Below, in pieces: positions 12,891 through 25,165 of a DNA stretch of 64,000 nucleotides. The notes below the pieces were generated by a model that was not told the origin of the DNA, did not search any database, and was given only the letters and a program-made list of their open reading frames with translations. Source of the stretch: Rhynchobatus australiae (Eukaryota); contig JAUZTB010000127.1 of NCBI GenBank assembly GCA_034780895.1, forward strand, positions 19,052,769 to 19,116,768, in the 5' to 3' direction. Made by a program: the position numbers and the translations under genes. Numbering within the stretch: the stretch's first letter is position 1; every line of letters starts with the position of its first letter.

Positions 12891-15450
12891 AGGAATGTAA
12901 ATGCTTGGACTTCAGTGTGGCTGGACTGGAATCTTCCTGCTGATCAGTGAGCACTTAAGTGACAGGCAAAAGGTACTAGGCAAAGAGTTAAGATACACCC
13001 AGTAGGAGTTTTAGGTGAACCCAAGACAAATACATACTTCAATTCTAGTTTAGCTCCCTTTCTATACGCAAGAAAAATGACTTCTCCTCTCTCAAGCTAT
13101 TCCCTTGGATATAGAACAGAACTCTTATGTCCTTTCTCATTCAGGTTGGCTATTTATCTGAAACACATTGTGTTTAATCTTTCATTGGTTTTAGCCAATT
13201 CCACTTTAATTTAGCAAAAGAGCATAAATCAGAATTTTACCTTCATTGTGTTTACCATTCCAACAAACTTCTGTTCTTCTGCATTGTATAAGTGGTAATG
13301 ACATTGTAAGAGTGCAAAAACCGTTATTGCAACACTTGATAATTATGACATGGTCGAGTAGAAACCAAACAAAAATCTTTCTTTTAAAAAAATACTTTGA
13401 GGAATCATTGGTTGCCTGTTCCTGCTCCGTTTGAAAGCTGTCGCAGGAATTCTAATCACTTGCTCCTCCCCCAACGCTTGGCAATTTTTCTCCTTCGAGT
13501 ATTCATCCAATTTACTGACAACTAACAATGCCAGATTGCGCAAATGTTTCCTGTCATTTGAGTAGAACAGGTTGTTAAGAACTCACCATATTTGCTAAAG
13601 AGTTGGATTGAATTAGAATTTAAAGCCAGGGGTTTGCAGACTTGGACGTTGCGATTCTGGTTTCCGAATCTTTGGGGTACTTAAGTAGCTCAGGGACTTA
13701 ACAAGTTGAAGGCTGCTGAAAATTTATTTTCCGCTGCTACGTTTCATTCATAGTTTGTGCGGCACCTGTAACCATGGCTGGTTTTGAAACATCTGGCTAT
13801 TCAGGCAGGTCGGAGAGGATGGATGCGATAATTCCCAATTTCAGAATGCACCGTCTATTACCACATCACCACTGTCAATATTCGGAAGTCTCAGTTGTTC
13901 GTTAGTCCACTAGTTCAACAGTTCAAAAAAGTTTCAAATATGAAAACTAAACAATAAATCGTAATTTCTCATTTACATCGATGGAACTAATGGAGCTCAC
14001 CCGAATTTGTTTTTCAAATAGAAATGATAGCTGCTTGATTGTTTGAGTGTATATTACATATTCATGAGAGAGTCGTGGCCCATTTAAACTGCCTATCTTC
14101 GTCACGTACATTCGAGCAGCTGTGCTATTGAACAGTTGATGGCGATATGATTTTGTGTATGGTGGTTTAGCCCGGGAACAGCTGTTGCAAGTGGAGAGCG
14201 GGAGATTCTTACGAATTCAGTCCACTTTGCAGAAAAGCGATTTGATTTGGCAGAAACATCAACTGCTCGTTTAGACGCTTTGTGTTAAAGGCTGAAAAAA
14301 TACACTTCAGGTCAATTGAGACTAAACTTTCAACCATAAAGACATTAAACTTCTCGAAACAAAAGCCGTTTGACTTGGAACTGTTGATATTAATGAACTG
14401 CTTAACAAAGTGTGAAAACTCGAAGAGTGGGACGGCGGGAAAGGTTAATTATGTGTGATTATTGGTGCTTTATGTAGGAATTAATTGTCAACCACCTTGT
14501 GTTCCAGAGTTGGACCGGTCCGACGAAGGTTAAAAATACTGCAGTTACGATGTAGTCGATAGAACAGAATATTCTGGGGATGTGGTCAGGGAATAACCAC
14601 CTCCAGCCTGAAGTAAGATTACGAACTACTTCCCTAGTTCAGTGTGAGTTTTCGAAACTATGCGCTTTCAGTTGCAGCGAAACCAATTGTAAATTCGCAC
14701 CTCGAAAATGTTTAAAACTGAAGACACATCCTTTGAAAGTGGGCACCCCATGAGACACATACTATTAGCAGCAAAGCTTTAAGACTTGAATTTANNNNNN
14801 NNNNNNNNNNNNNNNNNNNNNNNNNNNNNNNNNNNNNNNNNNNNNNNNNNNNNNNNNNNNNNNNNNNNNNNNNNNNNNNNNNCAGATATGCTAATCTTCC
14901 AACATTGAATTCCGAATCATTCGATTTTGCTCCCGAATCTGCAAATTTAAAAAAAAATCTAGCGTTTTGCCATCTTTGCCACCTGTTTACTACCAAGTGT
15001 CGAATGGCCCGTAAAAAGGAAAACATGACAATTAAAATAGTCATGAGGAATTATGGAGAACGGCTGAAGAACTAATGGAACCTTCTGCACAGCGCCTCTT
15101 CCATCTGTTTCAGAGGGGTCTGTTGCACCAAGGGTGGCCTTTAATGAGATGCCGCTTTTTTCTTTAAACACTTTGCAAAGCTTTTGCGCAGGGGGTGGTA
15201 CCGTCACGGGAGCGGGAGGCTTTCTGAGCAGGGAGTGCTGCTGCCGTTGCTTGCTGCATGTGGTAGTGGGAGGAACTCTGCTAACGAGTTGTAGCTCGTC
15301 GTGTGTGTGGATGTTGAGGTTGACCCCCGTAGGCACTCCGGGTACCCTCCCCCTAGTGGCTCCAAACTTGGGAAAGAGGATGCACACCGGGCACCTAATG
15401 CCCCTCTGCACACCCTGCTGCTCGCCGCCGGTGAACGCACGGCGATAGTG

Positions 15451-15474
15451 CACACACACACACACACACACACA
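15451..15474. repeat. (CA)12 microsatellite in promoter
   Basis: Direct reading. Confidence 0.95.
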
Positions 15475-15487
15475 GACTTTCCCACGG

Positions 15488-15495
15488 TGACGTCA
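15488..15495. promoter_or_regulatory. Full palindromic CRE (CREB/ATF site)
   Basis: TGACGTCA exact match within the promoter CpG island. Confidence 0.65.
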
Positions 15496-15556
15496 CAATG
15501 CATTCAGGCTGTCACCCAGCGGCGAAGACCTGATCGACAGCTCTACCTGCCTCCTG

Positions 15557-15746
15557 ATTGGCTTCAGGCCCAAAAGGTGGGTCGGAGAGCCGCAGCCTCC
15601 GCCACCGATTGGCTGAGGGGACTCGATCCCAATTGGTTCTTCGACGTTTCGGTTAAGCCGCCCGCCGATTGGCCGGCGCCGAGGGAGAGGTGGGCGCCAT
15701 TGGCCGGTCGCTGGCAGAGCGGGGAGGAAAGGGCGGCGGCGATTGG
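15557..15746 (-). promoter_or_regulatory. Cluster of six inverted CCAAT boxes (NF-Y type)
   Basis: ATTGG at 15557, 15608, 15632 (inside palindrome CCAATTGG), 15668, 15699 and 15742, mostly in GATTGGC context, 100-290 bp upstream of the ATG. Confidence 0.75.
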
Positions 15747-15766
15747 CTGGAGCGGGAGCAGGAGCC

Positions 15767-15802
15767 GGGGAGGGGGCGGGGCGGGGGAGGGGGCGGCTGG
15801 GG
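15767..15802 (+). promoter_or_regulatory. GC boxes (Sp/KLF) and potential G-quadruplex
   Basis: GGGGAGGGGGCGGGGCGGGGGAGGGGGCGGCTGGGG: five G4-5 tracts with 1-nt loops plus a sixth tract; overlapping GGGGCGGGG motifs. Confidence 0.7.
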
Positions 15803-15847
15803 CTCGGCTAACCTGGAGTCCGCCGGCATAGCGGCTTCACAGTGAAA

Positions 15848-16057
15848 ATGGTGGCCGCGGCGTGCGGGCGAAAGTTGGCGCGGCGCTCGAAATCCGCCGT
15901 GATCGTGGCACTCACCGTGCTGTTCGTGCAGACTCTGCTGGTGTGGAATTTTAGCAGCCTGGACGGCGAGGAGAAAGGCGGCGAGGACAAGAAGCAGAGA
16001 GCCCGGCACGTCCGAGAAGCACCCAGGAAAGGGTTCCCCTTCCCTGGCCAGGGTCTG
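15848..16057 (+). CDS. XYLT1: Xylosyltransferase 1, coding exon 1 (cytoplasmic tail, type II membrane anchor, start of stem region); rest of gene lies beyond the window
   Basis: ATG at 15848 in good Kozak context (aaaATGg). Translates [39 protein letters not shown]..., closely matching the vertebrate XYLT1 N-terminus as I recall it ([39 protein letters not shown]) and better than XYLT2. Ends after 70 codons at a phase-0 donor CTG|GTATGT. Lies in a CpG island. Confidence 0.93.
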
Positions 16058-18469
16058 GTATGTGCGCGCTCGGCATTCTCCAGCGCAACTTCCCAAGTCC
16101 AGCGTGAATGAATGAGTTCAGGGGAAGGGGGTAGCATTGCACCTCCACAACTCCGCAGCCCTTCGCATCTGGCTGCATCGAAGTTAGCAATCGCGTCTGG
16201 TGTGATGCGCCAGCCCAGTAACTGTCAGGTCCTGATGTGGGGATCTGAGGCTTCAGTGCTTTCCATCCCCTCCCCATTCGATGGTGTACTTTCTGCGCCC
16301 CCCCCCTCCTTTTCCCCTTGGAGAAAGTGCACCCAATCGGCGTGGGCAGCAACAAAAGCCACCAAAGGGCCAGTGATTGCGAGCCGCCGCCGTTAGCAGC
16401 CGATGGTGCAAAAATAATGCGGCTGTGATCAGCTCTGTCCCCCCGACTCTTAAACATCTTTGTGAAAGCGCTGCTTCCGTTTTCCCACTTCCCCACGAAA
16501 TTCAGTCCACTGAAAGCGATGTAGATCGGTCTCATTCATTGAGATTCAGCGAGGGTGTCAGGGTTTTTTTTGGCAGTCACGTTTCATGATTTAATGTTTT
16601 CTCTATTTAGAATCGATACGTTTCTGATTTACAATTTTGCATTGCTGTGTCTTTTACTGAGGCAGGCGACCCAGGATTTAACATCGCAATTTAACAGCAC
16701 GTAGATTGTGTTTGGAATGTATTGCGCTGGAACCGTACAGCGCAATGGTTGCTGAGGATCTTGAATGCTGTGGTGTGCTTCAGCAGATAGATATAATATG
16801 CTTGTTCACATTTAATGTCACATGAGATCATAAGACCAGAAATTGTAGGAATAGGGCGGCGAACTTGAAAGATCGGGAAGCAGAAATGCATAGGTGTGTG
16901 GTGTTCTCTGCGCGCTGCTTGTGCTTTTCCTCCATCTCACTGTGGTACAATCGCCACAGTCTGCTTGTTTGGGAAGTAGTTGCGAAACGTGGCGTTAAAT
17001 ATCAAGAGGCAAACCCATGGCTGAGCCGGTTGGAAATGTCCAATTCCAGCTCGAGTTCGATCCAACCCCCAGATCCCTCTTTATTTCTCGAAGTGGACTT
17101 TCCTCAAAAGTTGCACCGAATAATGGACCTGTTTGTTCTGGGATAGCAAGGCGAAACCTCAGTTGTTTGCCTTTTGAGGGTAGCGCTGTTGGGATGGGGA
17201 TGCTGGCGGTGGTCCGCGGAGTATGCCCCTCCCCCCCCACTTCTGTATTGTAGCTTCCGAGGTTGAATAGGAATCCTGCTCTGTCGGAGGAACTCCTCGT
17301 TCCGTGCAGCGGGTGGCTGTAGCAGTTACTACTAGAGGAACTGCAAGGCATTAGCAGCTAGCTCTCTTGATACCGACAGAATGCCCACGTCGGGTTCAAA
17401 CACAAGCGTTGTAACTTGTCCGCGGAAGAGGGGAGTAAGAGGGAACGTCGGCATGTTGGTGTAACCCAAGAAACACGGCACCCCCGTGATTTGTGGATGA
17501 GACCGGAGTCTAGTTTTATTTTCTCTGAATGAGACATATTTGTGAGCTTGTCGGAGCGCTTGTAACGTAACATCAACAGGGTTACTCTGTCCGTGGGTGT
17601 GATGATGGACACTGTCGGAAGGTTGTCTGTGACAGTGGTTCCGCGCTGCAGTTGAACAGGCAGATTCCCACCGATCTTGCTCCCGCCAACTGGAAGCAGA
17701 TACGGGGAGCTGGTCATCTGTGAGGGTGTTTTCCTACAACAAGAGCGCGCTGCTCTCCCGACCCAGAACAAAAGTTGGGTAGTTTGAGGGTATCAGATGC
17801 AACAAATAAAAATATAAGAGCAGTAAGAACTCGCTGTAACCTCGCAAGGACAGCGTGGCCGCGCGGTGAAACCCAGCGAGGAAGCTGTGGTGTTTCTACC
17901 GAGAGTCGTCAGCCTCCTGACCCCGGCCACAGAACCCCCTGGGCTGGTGCGGAGCGGGGCCACTCAATGCTTCACCAGCAAGAAGCACCAATTCATTCTC
18001 CGAGGGAGAGAGGGGGCGGCGGGGCGCTTCTCAAAGGTGCAAACATCCGGCGGGGGTCTGCGGCACTCGGAGAGAGCCGGCCGCCGTGGTCTCTCTGGGG
18101 ATCAGGGAGAATCCGGGAGACGCGGAGAGTGTGGACCCGCGGCGCCAGTGCGGAGGGTGGCCTCGTCCCGGGACGGGAGTGCGGGAGATGGCAGGGGTGG
18201 AGATGGGTTTCTGGGATTTTAGTCATGAAATGTAAAACAGGAAGATCCTGGAGCAGAGGTGGTCGGTCGTGGATCCAGTGACATGTGCTTGAATCAGAAG
18301 AATAAATGAAACGGGATCGTTGTAATGGGGCAGATGGAGGGGGTTGTGCCCGTGATGTGCAGGACCAATGAGATGGGAATAGGGGTAGATATTGCCAGGA
18401 AGTGGGTGAAGATGGATCAAATGGAGGTGATTATGAATGGTGCAGTGGAATTGAGTCTTAAATGAAGAT

Positions 18470-18822
18470 GGACAGACAATAAGAGGCTGCAGGAACTCGG
18501 CAGGTCAGGCAGCATCCGTGGAGAAAAGCAGACGGTCAGCGTTTCAGGTCAGGACCCTTCTTCGGGACTGACCCTAAACGTTGANNNNNNNNNNNNNNNN
18601 NNNNNNNNNNNNNNNNNNNNNNNNNNNNNNNNNNNNNNNNNNNNNNNNNNNNNNNNNNNNNNNNNNNNNNNNNNNNNNNNNNNNGGACCCTTCTTCGGGA
18701 CTGACCCTAAACGTTGACCGCCTGCTTTTCTCCACGGATGCTGCCCGAACTGCTGAGTTCCTCTAGCATTCTGTTGTGTCTTTTTCCATCTAGATTCCAG
18801 CACCTGCAGTCCTTTGTTTCTC
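18470..18822. mobile_element. Penelope-like inverted terminal pair spanning an assembly gap
   Basis: Left arm GGCAGCATCCGTGGAGAAAAGCAGACGGTCAGCGTTT and right arm AAACGTTGACCGCCTGCTTTTCTCCACGGATGCTGCC are near-perfect reverse complements. Confidence 0.75.
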
Positions 18823-21800
18823 TAAAATGATGATGGCTTTTGGTCCTTGTTGGAGGGGCAAACCTGTGTTTGCCGTACGTTGATAGGTGCTTGGAGATAG
18901 AAACTGTAGATCATCATTGTGGGATGATCCTCTTTTTTTTCAGGGAGTGAGACAGGTCTGAGATCGGCATTTACGGCCAAGATAAGTTTAAAAGATATTT
19001 AGAGCTGTTATAAACCACACTCAGCGGGTTAAATCCTTCACAAATAGATTTTGTTGATGTGGCAGATGTAAACCAGCATCTACTGTAGAATTGGCAGTCG
19101 ACATTGAAAGAATTGTCCACTTGTAATGCAGATACCGAGTAAAAGTTGTCAGCAGTGTAATTGTTCTGGTAATTCATACAGTACGACTGGCTTCCAATCT
19201 AACAACAAAATACACTCAAACCACGTATACGACACAGTGGATTGTAAAAGTGTGTTTTAATAACCGGCCATTTTACTGGATAATATTCACCGGAATCTAC
19301 TTCACTAGATGCAATTTTACTTTCCTGTTCTTTTGACCTCTTATGGAGAGTAACATCCTGAGGCATAGTATAACACATGCTCTTACTGTATAAGCTAGGC
19401 GAATGTATGTTAAAAGATTCACTGACCACTGCAATAGTCCAGACAAGATCAGCTCCCTGGATAATTGTGACATTATGGAGCAAATTGTCTTTTTAGAATA
19501 ATGTGAAATCTTCAGTGATAAGTGAAATCGTCATTTGCATGACTGATGTAGAGGATGGTCTCTGACTTCAGCCTTCTAGCCAAGATGGGCGAAAACACAT
19601 ATCTGCATTCCTCCACACTGAGGTTAGCTCAAAACGTTGGGAGCTACGCTAAATAATAGCAGCAATGATAATTTTTTTAAAGAAGGTATCTTTCATGCAG
19701 TCTTTTGTTTTGCTTTGTTTTGTTGCCAAACATTAATTATTATGAATAAATCTCCAACACTAGAAAGAAAAATGAACCTTTTAATATTCTATGCACTGTT
19801 TAGTAACTCATTTGAAATAATTTTTGCGTTGTCGGCCTGAGGCAGAATGAACTGTGAAACCAACCTTTAGGTAATGTCGGATGAGCAAACGTGGAAGACG
19901 ACAGCAGGAGCTCTTGGGCTGGTTCTGCCATTCTGTCATGCTACTGACCTGCATCATAATTGACTGGATGTCATTCCTCCTCTGTTCATTACCATACAAT
20001 TACTCAACATCTAGCCCTATTGAAGACTTCCCTGTCACTTTTTATTGCTTTTAATTGCTTAATCTCAATTGCCAAGTAAAGGTCAGTGTCCTGATGAACA
20101 ATTTAACCCAGTACACTGCTGTCATTTAATTTGAGATAAAAGGATTGCAGAAGACTTTTTAATAGAATGCTCATTTTAAAATCTTACAGAATTAGTCGGC
20201 CAAAAATAGCATTTGTATAGATCTTGGAGCACCTTAAAGCATCTTTAATTCCTTGGAAGCATCTCTCTAAAAGTATTAAAAACCAGGAAACACATTTTAG
20301 TTTGCTAATAACTAACCGGAAAGATATATTTGCTTATCATAAAATAATGAAAAGGTACTCTAGGCATTGCAAGTCATCAACCTATATGTTTAATAAATCT
20401 CAATACTCTTACTGAATCACTTGTATTTTTGTTATTGATAATGTTGAAATAATAAATTGCCTCCATTGTATTGATAATTATTAGCATAACTTCTGATAGA
20501 ACTTAACTATCTTATAGTAACACAAAAGTTAATGCACATTTAATTAAGGTCACTAACTAAACTGTTAATCTTAACCAATCTGGCAATTATGCAGGTAGTC
20601 ATTAAGGAAATTTGAAAACTGATTTTGAAAGAACCCTTTGTAGATATCTTGTAAAATATTATTCTTGTGGCCACCTTGTTAAGCAAGCAAGTTTCCTCCA
20701 AATTAAGTTTTTAAACCACTGAAAGTAACTGTACAAAATTGAATTGTACAAACATGAAGATCTGATGAAAATCTAAGGCCTCTTCAATCTCATTAAATGG
20801 CTGTAACTATTGTGGTAATGTAGTAGAGAAATGTTGAGGAAACTTTTAATTCAGATGTTTAATTTTTGATTCAAATTTGGCACATGGATTGATGACACTA
20901 TGTTTGCTTCTGTATGTTTAAAATGTACCTGTGATTGGACAGGTACCTTGAGAACAGCTTCATGACAAGAATGGTGCTACCTCACAGTTCCACAGCTCAT
21001 CTTGACAATCTTGCACAGGTTCTCACAACATTCCAGTATGATTGTTGAATGGTGCATTAGCTGTGCAGCAATTAGTATTCATGCTTAAATCTACAAAAAT
21101 CAATTATGAATCGCTTCTAATCAGACCACAACTGCTATGGAATTGCTGGTATTTCTTATAACAAGTGATCTAGCACACAGCTGGTGCTGTACAGCCATAG
21201 TTCCACAGCTGGTGACCGTATTTATCTAATATGCCTGGGACCTCATTGCTGATGTATTGTATGAAAGAATCATTGGCTGTGAAAATGAGGTAACCACAGT
21301 ACATATTTTGCAGCTCTCTGCCAACCTTCAGATCAAATTAATCTGGGCTAGTTTGAGAATAATGTACTAAACTTGGCTGTGACCTTCCACACCTTGGTTT
21401 TTCAAGGAGTCATGTTTCAACAGCAAAGACTTTTATTTGTACTTGATGAATTTGTGAATGGGAGCAAGTAAACTATCCACATTGAAATCTACTTCAACCA
21501 ATGCAAATAAAAGTGTTTATCAGCATTAATACCCACCCAATCCTGACGTTCATATGTGTGCCATTTCAGAATGATTGTCTCCCAGCTGACATATCATATT
21601 TCCTCAAAGATTAACAGTGTGATGATTGAGTCCCATTGTTTTGGTCCATTCCACAAACTCTCCTCCTTTCTCATTACTTCTGCTGGCTAATGCAGTCTGT
21701 GCAAAAAGTTGCCACTGTGTTCAATTTCAATATCCAATTGTTACCAAAGCCTTTCGGCTCATTCATTATTGTCCCTGTTAGGTCACCATTTTTCACTCAC

Positions 21801-22176
21801 GACCTTCAAAAATTAGCTGGCCCACTTGTGCATGAGCTTTGGCTCCCCTTCTCCTGAAACATTAAGCATTAAATTAACCTTTCTCCATGACCTACTTGTG
21901 CAATGGTCTCCCTCTGCAAAGGTTCTTCAAGGTTGTTCCTCAGTGGATTGTTCCTTCTTGCTGGGGAAGGCCACAGGGACAAGAAGGTGGTGGTGGGGGG
22001 GGGGCTCCTTTGGCAATCTTGACTCTACCCTCCTCATCCACCACGATACATCACCCCTACTTTGCCACAACCCTGCCTCACCCTCTCTCTGCCTTTGAAA
22101 ACGATGCACATGCAGGAAATTTTAGTTTTCAGTCAGCTGCTAATTTATTATGGATCAATGCCCATATGTGCAAGAT

Positions 22177-22930
22177 AAAGTCATACAAAACAGAAACAGG
22201 TCGTGCTGCGAGAATACATGTTTCCACCGTGATGGTTGTGTTCCACAATGCAACCATCATCTGGGTGAAAAAAAATTCTTCCTCTGATTCCCTCTAAGCT
22301 TCTTGCTCTTCACCGTTTAAACCTATGCCCTTTGGTCATAGACACCTTTGCCATAGGGACTAGTTTCTTACCATCTCCTCTATCTATGCCTCTTGCAATT
22401 TTTTTTATACCTCTATCAATTCCCCACCCAGCCTATCCAGTTTCTCTTCCTAATTCCATCCTAAGCAACATCCAAATGAATCTCCAATGCATCCTTCCAG
22501 TGAAATCATGTTCTTCCTATAGTGCAGCAGCCAGAACTGCACACAACACTCCAGCTGTGACTTAACCAACATTTCCCAAAGTTGTATCAAGACTTCCATG
22601 TTCTTGTGCTCTGTGCCTCAGCTGAAGATGGCAAGCTTCTTGTATGCTGTCTTCACTACTGTCTCTACCTGTGCTGCCACCTTTAGGGATCTGTGGACCC
22701 CTACACTTAGTTTCTTTGTTCCTCAATACTTTTTCTAAGTCCTCCCAAAATTCTTCAACTCACACTTATCAGGTTTAAATTCCATCTACCATTGCCCTCT
22801 CAGCTTACCAGCTGGTATCATTCTGCAGCCTAAGACCACCCTCCTCACTATTAACAACACTCATTTTTTTGTGTCATATGTAAACTTACTAATCATACAT
22901 TCACATTTAAGTCACTAATGTATATACTAA
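22177..22930 (-). mobile_element. CR1 LINE fragment
   Basis: Colinear with the CR1 copy at 4133-4980 (CCAGCCTATCCA, CAGAACTGCACACAA motifs). Confidence 0.8.
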
Positions 22931-24799
22931 GCAGCATTTAAGATATTTAAATATAATTTATTTACCTTCACTTTTGAACTTGATTCATGTCCCTTTTTAT
23001 AGAATTTGTGATTGCATCAAATATATTGTCTCAAATCACTTATGTCATTTAGATTGTTGAATATCTCAAGAAGATCTAAACTGAGCTCCTTTTCCTCTAA
23101 AGCATTATTTCCATTTTCCATTAGCTTTCTCTGTCTGTGCCATCACTGGCCTTCACTGAATCCTCTCCAGTGACAGTGGGTCGTGCTGAATTATGGTGAA
23201 CAGAATTACCAACATTACTTTAGCGGGATCAACCTAGTCTTCAGTTTCTTTTGCCTTTCCATATTTTTTAAAACTGCCAAAACAATAATTATTTTGCTTG
23301 CGCTGGTAAAACCTTTTTGAATACTACAAAGTCCATTGCAAGACCAAAACAACATTCTTCTGCTTCTTTTGATTTGAGTGAGACAAAACCACAAATTGCC
23401 AGCCGTGGAGGCATAAGGATGGAATATCTTTTATCCTGGTAAGTATTAGGAGGCAAATCTTCTTAACTTCTGGTCTAATCCATAGTAAGCCATATTAAAC
23501 TGCAAAGCAGCTTAGATGATTGACTCTGAAATGCATGAAGATACATACTGTAAAGATTTGAAATCTGCACCCTTAAAGCAGTCTGAAAGATATTAATTAA
23601 AATAAAATATTGTAAGTCAAATAGTTTTTTTTGCATTTGGAAACAACATTTATAATTTGACAATATTCTGAGATGAAAATATGATTTTATCACACACATT
23701 TTAGTGAATATTTGAGAATATATTGAAATCTGTGGAAATGTATACCAGGCTCTTTGTCACTCAAATCTCATCAATAAACCATTCAATTAATGGTTGGGTC
23801 AAATACTTAGAATTACACACCAAAGAAGGAACCCATTTGACTTATTGGCCCTCTGCTGGCCCTTTGAAAGAGCTGTTAATTGATCCCACTCCCCTATGTT
23901 TTCCGCCTGGCACTATAAACCTCTACCTTTCAGATAATTATTCAGTACCCTATACGAAGGGATTATCAAATCTGCTTTTATCATTCCTTCATACTCTAGG
24001 TCACAACTCACTGTGCGAAATAAAAAAAACACAAATGCTTCAGAACTTCTATCTGGTTCTTTTCTCCTTATTATAGATTTGTATGCACCATTCAGCAGAA
24101 GATAACATATTGCCAAAATTGTGACCAGTTGCAGTATTTAGTTATTCTTTACCCACACCTGCTGAATGTTTTGTCCCTCCTGACATAAATGAATGGACTC
24201 AAGTTTCTTGTCCTATCTCTTCAGTCAGCTCAGCTCCTTGGAGCTGGCCCACACCATTTGTGCTGCTGAAGCCATTCACTGTAGCCTGGAGGCAGCAGAC
24301 TTGTCTAGCCAGCTTTAATAGCACAAATAAGGCAGCTACCCATAGACAATGGAGCTGCTGGAAGCTCAAAGAAGAATCCTTTTTCCTTTATTTGCGTGAG
24401 GAACAGGTGCCAGAGCCTCGTGATCTGCTGCTGCTGTTGTGTTGAATGCGCAACTATAATGATGGAAAGTCCAAGGTTTTGACTGAACTACAGTGAAGTG
24501 ATGCATCTCAAAGAGATGGTTGTCACTTGGGAAGGGACTGGGATCTGATGTTTTCATTGCAGCATTACTAATTTTGATATTTGTGGTGGTAAGTGTTTGC
24601 AGGGATGAAACGTCCTCTCATTTCCAGATGCTAGGCTTCTTCCAGGGTATCTCCCCAGAATGTTGTTGAGGGATGGTTTTATAAGTCAGTTGTACAGCAT
24701 ATTGCATACTACTTAGTAGAGTAAACTGGAATCATAGTTGATTTTTAAATTTTAACCACATCCCTTTTACCTAGTGAGGCATTAATACTAACACTTACT

Positions 24800-25165
24800 G
24801 GTCACCCTGTTCACTCTCCATTGTGCCTATGTATACAAATTCCACTTGTCTGCATTAATTCCATAACCCTCTATGCCTTGTTCATTCAAGTACCTGTCCA
24901 GATGCCTCTTAAATGTTGTTACTGTTCCTGTCCCCACCACCACCTCTGGCAGTTCACTTCAGATACCAGCTATGATTTCCTGAGAAATGTACCCCTCAGA
25001 TCCCCTTTAAACCTCCCTCTCATCTTAAGCCTATGCCTTCCCGTGGGAAACTGGCTATCTATCTTATCTATGCCTCTCATAGCCTTACTTGCTTCTTTCA
25101 TGCCACCTCTAGCCACTTGTACTTCAGGGAAATGGATCCAGCCTATATAATCTCTCTTTATAACA
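24800..25165 (-). mobile_element. CR1 LINE 3' fragment
   Basis: Minus ORF KAMRGIDKIDSQ...RHRLKMRGRFKGDLRGTF. Confidence 0.8.

Larger units (their letters stand above)
15190..16420. promoter_or_regulatory. CpG island / XYLT1 promoter
   Basis: Abrupt rise in GC and CpG relative to the AT-rich, CpG-depleted flanks; spans exon 1. Confidence 0.9.

Noticed and set aside
15301-16535. Several long overlapping ORFs (176, 147, 194 aa) around exon 1
   Set aside because: Expected stop-codon scarcity in a GC-rich island. Only the frame from 15848 matches a known protein, and its read-through past 16057 is intron.
17358-18281. ORFs of 118-168 aa in the first-intron GC-rich area
   Set aside because: Low-complexity G/R-rich translations, open on both strands, no recognisable homology.
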